The notes below the pieces were generated by a model, which did no database searches, was not told where the DNA came from, and saw nothing but the letters and a program-made list of their open reading frames with translations. Positions 58,497 through 64,000 of a stretch of 64,000 nt of DNA are shown in pieces; the first letter of the stretch is position 1; each line of letters starts with the position of its first letter. Both the position numbers and the translations under genes were made by a program. Origin of the DNA: Polyangiales bacterium (GTDB lineage Bacteria > Myxococcota_A > Polyangia > Polyangiales > JADJQN01). The stretch spans positions 160,001-224,000 of the forward strand of contig CAXNJO010000005.1 of assembly GCA_964202905.1 (NCBI GenBank), given 5' to 3'.

Positions 58497-59633
58497 ATGG
58501 ACTTCGAGCTGAGCGACGATCAGAAGATGTTGGTGGGTCAGGCGCAGTCCTTCGTCCGGAAGGAGTCGCCCGTCACCCGCGCGCGCGCGCTGCGCGACGA
58601 CGAGCGCGGCTGGGACCCGGCCGTCTGGAAGAAGATGGCCGACCTCGGCTGGATGTCGCTGCCCTTCCCCGAGCATGTCGGCGGACTCGACGGCAGCTTC
58701 GCCGACGTGACGCTGATCCTCGACCAGCTCGGCACGACGCTCGTGCCCGAGCCCTTCGTCGAGAGCGTGATCCTCGCGGGCACGGCCATCCTCCGCGCGG
58801 GCAGCGCCGCGCAGCAGGAGCGCCTGCTCACGCCGATGATCGCGGGCGAGACGTCGCTCGCGCTCGCCGCGCTCGAGCGCCGGAGCCGCTACGACGTGTG
58901 CGCCGTCGACACGCGCGCGACGCAGCACGGCGACGCATGGACGCTCACGGGCGAGAAATACTTCGTCCTCAACGGGCACGCGGCGGACCACCTCGTCGTG
59001 AGCGCGCGCACCTCGGGCAAGCACGACGAGCGCAACGGCATCTCGCTCTTCGCCGTCGCGCGCGACGCGGCCGGTCTGCACGTGCAGACGGTGAAGACGA
59101 TGGACGGCCGGCGCGCGGCGATCGTGCGGCTCGAGAACACGCCGGGCGAGCTGCTCGGCGCCGAGGGCGCGGCGGCGCCAGTGCTCGAGGAGGCCATGGA
59201 TCTCGGCGCGGCGGCCGCGTGCGCCGAGGGCACCGGCATCATGCGCACCGTCTTGTGGATGACCGTCGAATACCTGCGCACACGCGAGCAGTTCGGCGTG
59301 AAGATCGGCACGTTCCAGGCGCTGCAGCACCGCGCCGTGGACATGTTCATCGAGGCCGAGCTCGCCAAGTCGACGAGCATCCTCGCGGCGATCAAGGCGA
59401 CGGCGCCCGCGGGCGAGCGCGCCTACGAGATCTCGAAGGCGAAGGCGCAGCTCACGCAGAGCGGCCACTTCGTCGTGCGACAGGGCACGCAGCTGCACGG
59501 CGGCATCGGCGTGACCGACGAGCACGACATCGGCCTCTACTTCAAGCGCATGCAGGTGCTCGGCGCGCTCTTCGGCGACGAGGACTTCCACCTGCACCGC
59601 TTCTCGTCGATGCCGCAGTTCATGGCGACCTGA
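58497..59633 (+). CDS. Acyl-CoA dehydrogenase (PimD-like subunit)
   Basis: REQFGVKIGTFQALQHR and QLHGGIGVTDE. Confidence 0.93.
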   Translation: MDFELSDDQKMLVGQAQSFVRKESPVTRARALRDDERGWDPAVWKKMADLGWMSLPFPEHVGGLDGSFADVTLILDQLGTTLVPEPFVESVILAGTAILRAGSAAQQERLLTPMIAGETSLALAALERRSRYDVCAVDTRATQHGDAWTLTGEKYFVLNGHAADHLVVSARTSGKHDERNGISLFAVARDAAGLHVQTVKTMDGRRAAIVRLENTPGELLGAEGAAAPVLEEAMDLGAAAACAEGTGIMRTVLWMTVEYLRTREQFGVKIGTFQALQHRAVDMFIEAELAKSTSILAAIKATAPAGERAYEISKAKAQLTQSGHFVVRQGTQLHGGIGVTDEHDIGLYFKRMQVLGALFGDEDFHLHRFSSMPQFMAT

Positions 59634-59683
59634 GCGCGCGCCGGGCGTGCGGAGCGAGCGACGCGCGTAGTAGCCTCCGCGGC

Positions 59684-61486
59684 ATGCGTCACTCGCTCTC
59701 GCGCGCCTCGTGCGCCCTGTTCTTCGTAGGGATCGCGCTCGTCGCGGGCTGCGGCGGGGCGACGGAATCCGCGCCCGGCGGTGTCGACGATGCGTGCACG
59801 GTCGAGTCCGACTGCCGCGTCGGGCTGATCTGCGACGAAGGCCGCTGCGCGCCGCGCGGTGACTCGCTGAGCGGCGATTCCTGCACGCTGACGGGCGAGT
59901 GCGCGGCGGGCCTCTATTGCAGCCCACGGCGCATGTGCGAGCCCGCGGGAGACGGCGGCTCCGGTGCGCCGTGCGGCACGACGGGCGACTGCGCGATGGG
60001 CCTCGTCTGCGCGACGGTGCGCGGCGAATCGCAGTGCACGGACGCGGGGAGCGGCGATCTCGGCGACGCCTGCGACGACGACCGCGACTGCCTCGCGGGG
60101 CTCACCTGCCGCGACGAGGGCGGGCGCCGGGTGTGCGCCAGTGGCGCAGGGTCGATGGACGGCGGCACCCCGCGCGATGGCGCCACGGGCGACGCGTCGA
60201 TGGACGGTGGCGTCATGGATGCAGGCGAGCCGGTCGACGCCGGGCCCGGCCCCTACCCGATCGGCGGGCGCGTCACGGGCCTCGCGGGCGGCTTCGTCGA
60301 GCTCGCGCTGAACGGCAGCGAGACGCTGCGCGTCGAGGCCGACGGCGCCTTCACCTTCGCGACGCTCGTGCCGCGGCTTTCGCCGTGGGAGGTCGCGCTG
60401 CGCACGCCGCCCGCGGGGCGCGTGTGCACCGTGTCGGGCGGGCGCGGCGTCGCCTCGGGCCCCGTCGATTTCGTCGCGGTCGACTGCAACGAGGGCTCAC
60501 CCGTCGCGACGTGGGAGCCGGTGACGCCGCCGTCCGTCGCGATCACGCGGCGCTTCAACGATGTGTGGGTCGCCGACGCCGAGCGCGTCTACGTCGTCGG
60601 GCCCGTGAACTCGGTGCTCGCGTGGGACGGCACCGCCTTCGCGATGGAGACGCTGCCGACGACGGGCCGCACGTTCTACAGCGTGAGCGGCACCGACCGC
60701 GAGCACATCTGGGTCGGCGGCTCCTCGAGCCTGATGCTCTTCCATGACGGCGTGCGCTGGTCGGAACTCACCGTCGGCAGCGGCCAGAACTGGCAGGGAA
60801 TGTGGGCGCCCGAGGGCCGCGTCGAGAGCGAGCCGCCGGGCGTCTGGGTGAAGGAGTGGATCCCACAGACGGTCGTGTGGGCGGTGTCGTCGGGCGGCCG
60901 CATCGCGCGCTTCGACGGCACGACGTGGAACATCGAGACGTCCGAGGTCGGCGACTACTTCGCGATCGACGGCTTCGATGACGCCAACCTCTACGTCGCG
61001 CGCAACGTCGGGCGCGTGCTCTCGGGCGCGACGGCCGCCTTCACGCGCGCGTGGGACATGGGCGGCCCGACGAGCGAATACCGCGGAATCACCGTGTTTC
61101 AGACCGCCTTCGACGAGCGCTCGACGCGCGACGTCGACGAGACGGAGTGGGACATCGTCGCCGTCGGCGCGACGATCGACGACCGCGCGCTGATCGTGCG
61201 CGGCCGCGCCTCGTACGAAGACATCCCCTTCGGCCGACCGCGCCTCGTCGTCAACTGGGCGGCCGAGGGCGCGCCCTCGGGCACGCCCGCGCTCGAAGAC
61301 GTGTGGGGCATCGCGCGCGACACGATCTGGGCCGTCGGCGCCGCGGGCACCGTGCTCCACCACGACGGCACGCGCTGGGTCCGCCAGGAAAGCGGCACCA
61401 CCGAAGACCTGCGCGCCGTCGACGGACTCGACGCCGCGAACGTGTGGATCGTCGGCGACGGCGGCGCGATCCTGCGCGGCCGCTGA
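59684..61486 (+). CDS. Lipoprotein with Cys-rich repeats, Ig-like segment and beta-propeller repeats
   Basis: Lipobox VAGC, four G..C....[DE]C..GL.C repeats, IGG.VTGL...NG.E.L....DG.FTF, and VWG...D.IWAVG..G..LH.DG..W repeats. Confidence 0.8.
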   Translation: MRHSLSRASCALFFVGIALVAGCGGATESAPGGVDDACTVESDCRVGLICDEGRCAPRGDSLSGDSCTLTGECAAGLYCSPRRMCEPAGDGGSGAPCGTTGDCAMGLVCATVRGESQCTDAGSGDLGDACDDDRDCLAGLTCRDEGGRRVCASGAGSMDGGTPRDGATGDASMDGGVMDAGEPVDAGPGPYPIGGRVTGLAGGFVELALNGSETLRVEADGAFTFATLVPRLSPWEVALRTPPAGRVCTVSGGRGVASGPVDFVAVDCNEGSPVATWEPVTPPSVAITRRFNDVWVADAERVYVVGPVNSVLAWDGTAFAMETLPTTGRTFYSVSGTDREHIWVGGSSSLMLFHDGVRWSELTVGSGQNWQGMWAPEGRVESEPPGVWVKEWIPQTVVWAVSSGGRIARFDGTTWNIETSEVGDYFAIDGFDDANLYVARNVGRVLSGATAAFTRAWDMGGPTSEYRGITVFQTAFDERSTRDVDETEWDIVAVGATIDDRALIVRGRASYEDIPFGRPRLVVNWAAEGAPSGTPALEDVWGIARDTIWAVGAAGTVLHHDGTRWVRQESGTTEDLRAVDGLDAANVWIVGDGGAILRGR

Positions 61487-61506
61487 GCGCTGCGGAACGA
61501 GCGCGC

Positions 61507-62337
61507 TCAGCCGCCCGCTTGCGCCGGGAGGTCGGTCGTCGCGGCGGAGGCGTCGAGGAGCGCGTCGTCGGGCTCGTCCGGCGGGGCGTCGAGGCCGAGC
61601 GCCTGCTCGAGCCGCGCGAGGCGGGTGCGGAGGCGGTCGTTCTCGTCGCGGAGCGCGCGGACCATCTCGCTCACCGGGTCGGGCAGGCTCGCGTGGTCGA
61701 GCGTCGCGTCGAAGCGTGCGCGCCGATCCTGCGTGCGCGGCACGACGCGGCCGGGCACGCCGACGACGGTGCCGCCCGCAGGCACGGGCCGCACGACGAC
61801 GGACCCCGAGCCGATGCGCGCGCCGTCGCCGATGGGGATCGCCCCGAGAATGCAGGCGTTCGAGCCGACGACGACCTGCTTGCCGAGCTGCGGGTGGCGC
61901 ACCGTGCGCGCCATGCTCGTGCCCCCGAGCACGACGCCCTTATAGAGGATGCAACCATCGCCGATGGTGGCCGTCTCGCCGATCACGACGCCCATCCCGT
62001 GATCGATGAAGACGCCCTGCCCGAGCGTCGCGCCCGGGTGGATCTCGACGCCCGTCACGAAGCGCCCGACGTGCGAGAGGACGCGCGCCGCGAGCTTGCG
62101 ATCGCGCTTCCAGAGGCCGTGCGCGACGCGGTGGCTCCACACCGCGTGCAGGCCAGGATACGTGAGCACGACCTCGAGCGGCGAGCGCGCGGCCGGGTCG
62201 TGCGCGAGCACCGCGTCGACGTCGCGCGCGTAGCAGGCGAGGCGCAGGCGCAGCCGCGCGAGCGGGCCGGCGCCGGGCGGCGGCGCGCAGTCCGGCGTGG
62301 GCGGGCTGACGTGGGGCGGCGAAGGATCGGAGGGCAC
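61507..62337 (-). CDS. cysE: Serine O-acetyltransferase
   Basis: [44 protein letters not shown] and RHP. Confidence 0.95.
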   Translation of the reverse strand: MPSDPSPPHVSPPTPDCAPPPGAGPLARLRLRLACYARDVDAVLAHDPAARSPLEVVLTYPGLHAVWSHRVAHGLWKRDRKLAARVLSHVGRFVTGVEIHPGATLGQGVFIDHGMGVVIGETATIGDGCILYKGVVLGGTSMARTVRHPQLGKQVVVGSNACILGAIPIGDGARIGSGSVVVRPVPAGGTVVGVPGRVVPRTQDRRARFDATLDHASLPDPVSEMVRALRDENDRLRTRLARLEQALGLDAPPDEPDDALLDASAATTDLPAQAGG

Positions 62338-62441
62338 GACGCGGCGAGCTTAGGGTCGCCCCGCGATGCTGTCGATTTCGCGGGCCGCGCCGTGTCACCA
62401 CGCGCCGTGCGCACGCCCGCGCCGCGCGATACCGTGGGCCC

Positions 62442-63356
62442 GTGGCGCGGAAGAAGAAGGGCGGTGTGCCCGAGCTCTCGGACGACGAAGCGAAGCTGCC
62501 GGTGCGGCCGCCCGAGCGCATCGCGCGGCCCTTCGCCGACGCGCTCGCGGGCGTGACCCCGGCGAAGCCCAAAGTCGCTGCGACGAAGCCCGGCGCTGCG
62601 CGCTCCTTCGCCGAAGCGCTCGCGGCGCGTGGCGGTGCGGCAGCCGGCGATGCGCCCACGACGCCGGAGGCCGCGAAGCCCGGCGACGCAGAGGCCGGGC
62701 GCCCGCGCTCGTTCTCCGAGGCGCTCGAGATCCGCGAGCGCGCCGCCTCGCCCGAGGCGAAGGCGACCGAGCGCTCGCTCGCCGATCGCATGGCGCTCCA
62801 CAACGCCTTCGCCGGCGTGACGCCGCTCGGGGCGCGCGATCAGCGGCGCGTCGCCGTCCCGACGCCGGGCGCTGCCGGGCCCGTCGCGCGCGGCGTGCTC
62901 CCCGACCTGCGCGACGTCGACACCGAGGCCCGCAAGCGGCTCGACGCGCTCGTCGCCGACGCGGTGCGCTTCGAGATCACCGACGACACGGACGGCACCA
63001 CGCGCGGCACCGCGATCGATCGCGGCGGCCGCCTCGCGATGGACACGAACGCGCTCACGCAGCTCGCCCGCGAGACGCCCGACGCGGCGCTCGATCTCCA
63101 TGGAAAAACAGGCGATGAGGCCGAGGCGCTGCTCGCCCGCTGGGTGCGCCAGCAGCAGCGTGCGGGCGCGCGCAGCGTGCGCATCGTCCACGGCAAGGGC
63201 CTGCACAGCGAGGGCGGGCTGCCCGTGCTGCGCGACCGCGTCGTGCACGCGCTGACGACCGGCGGCGCGGCGCCGCTCGTCCGCGGCTTTGCGACCTGCG
63301 ATGCACGCGGCGGCGGGACGGGCGCGCTGATGGTGCGGCTCGCGACGGCTCGGTAA
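62442..63356 (+). CDS. Smr/MutS2 domain protein
   Basis: LDLHG, IVHGKG.HS and GGTGAL.V.L. Confidence 0.88.
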   Translation: MARKKKGGVPELSDDEAKLPVRPPERIARPFADALAGVTPAKPKVAATKPGAARSFAEALAARGGAAAGDAPTTPEAAKPGDAEAGRPRSFSEALEIRERAASPEAKATERSLADRMALHNAFAGVTPLGARDQRRVAVPTPGAAGPVARGVLPDLRDVDTEARKRLDALVADAVRFEITDDTDGTTRGTAIDRGGRLAMDTNALTQLARETPDAALDLHGKTGDEAEALLARWVRQQQRAGARSVRIVHGKGLHSEGGLPVLRDRVVHALTTGGAAPLVRGFATCDARGGGTGALMVRLATAR

Positions 63357-63410
63357 CGTGCGCGCGCGCGGGGTGCGCGACCCGCGCGATGCGGCTAGCG
63401 TCGCGCCGCC

Positions 63411-64000
63411 ATGCTGGAAAGAGAACTCGACGAGGCCGCGTCCCTGGCGCGCGAGGCGGGACGCATCCTGCTCGACATCTACGCGACGAATTTCGCCGTC
63501 CGCATGAAGGGCCAGGCCGACCCGGTGACCGAGGCCGACACCCGCGCCAACGCGCTGCTCGTGCAGGCCCTGCGCGCGCGCTTCCCGGGCGACGGCATCG
63601 TCGCGGAAGAGACGGCCGACACGAGCGACGGCCTCCGCGCCGGGCGCTGCTGGTACGTCGACCCGCTCGACGGAACCAAGGAGTTCGTCGCGAAGAACGG
63701 CGAGTTCAGCGTGATGCTCGGCCTCGCCATCGACGGCGCGGCGGCGCTCGGCGTCGTCTACCAGCCTGTCGGCGATCGCCTCTACGCGGGCGTCGTCGGC
63801 CAGGGCGCGACGCTCGACGAGGCCGGCGTGCGCACCGCGCTCCGCCCGACCGACGAAGCCGATCCGACGCGCCTGCGCCTCGTCGTCTCGCGCTCGCATC
63901 GTGCCGCCGAGGTCGACGCGCTCAAGGCCACGCTCGGCATCACGCAGGAAGCCGCGAGCGGCAGCGTGGGCCTGAAGGTCGGCCTCATCGCGCGCCGCGA
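63411..64000 (+). CDS. cysQ: 3'(2'),5'-bisphosphate nucleotidase CysQ (partial, runs off window)
   Basis: Manual translation gives DPVTEAD, AEE, WYVDPLDGTKEFV.KNGEFSV, VSRSH and GSVGLK. Confidence 0.85.
   Translation, partial: MLERELDEAASLAREAGRILLDIYATNFAVRMKGQADPVTEADTRANALLVQALRARFPGDGIVAEETADTSDGLRAGRCWYVDPLDGTKEFVAKNGEFSVMLGLAIDGAAALGVVYQPVGDRLYAGVVGQGATLDEAGVRTALRPTDEADPTRLRLVVSRSHRAAEVDALKATLGITQEAASGSVGLKVGLIARR

Overview
A very GC-rich bacterial chromosomal window. MYXO-CTERM sorting tails, Myxococcus-type Cys-rich repeats, TPR/PEGA genes and an eSTK point to Myxococcota, probably Polyangia/Sandaracinaceae-like (inference). The first ~16 kb is a cell-surface locus. On the minus strand it runs TPR protein -> lipoprotein -> MYXO-CTERM Ca/metal-repeat protein -> giant (>3,400 aa, runs off the window) calcium-binding EGF-repeat protein. 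The last two share an N-terminal temptin-like domain carrying a CxxCH heme-c motif, and a diheme cytochrome c lipoprotein is transcribed divergently. This is the best candidate for an undescribed system. The rest is mostly housekeeping and metabolic genes: isolated divergent fliP/fliO, an Fe-S oxidoreductase, tRNA-Pro(CGG), rsmB, rseP, a sensor-less sigma-54 activator, eSTK, OPT transporter, PHM-like Cu monooxygenase, murI, a histidine-kinase pair, clpP, yebC, two acyl-CoA dehydrogenases, cysE, Smr and cysQ. There is also a sulfur-detox cassette (PDO-rhodanese, TauE, small Cys protein, rhodanese remnant) with two sigma-54 promoters and shared TGAAAC-GTTTCA palindromes. At least six single-base frameshifts suggest assembly indel errors. 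Family assignments come from motif recognition only; no database searches were run.
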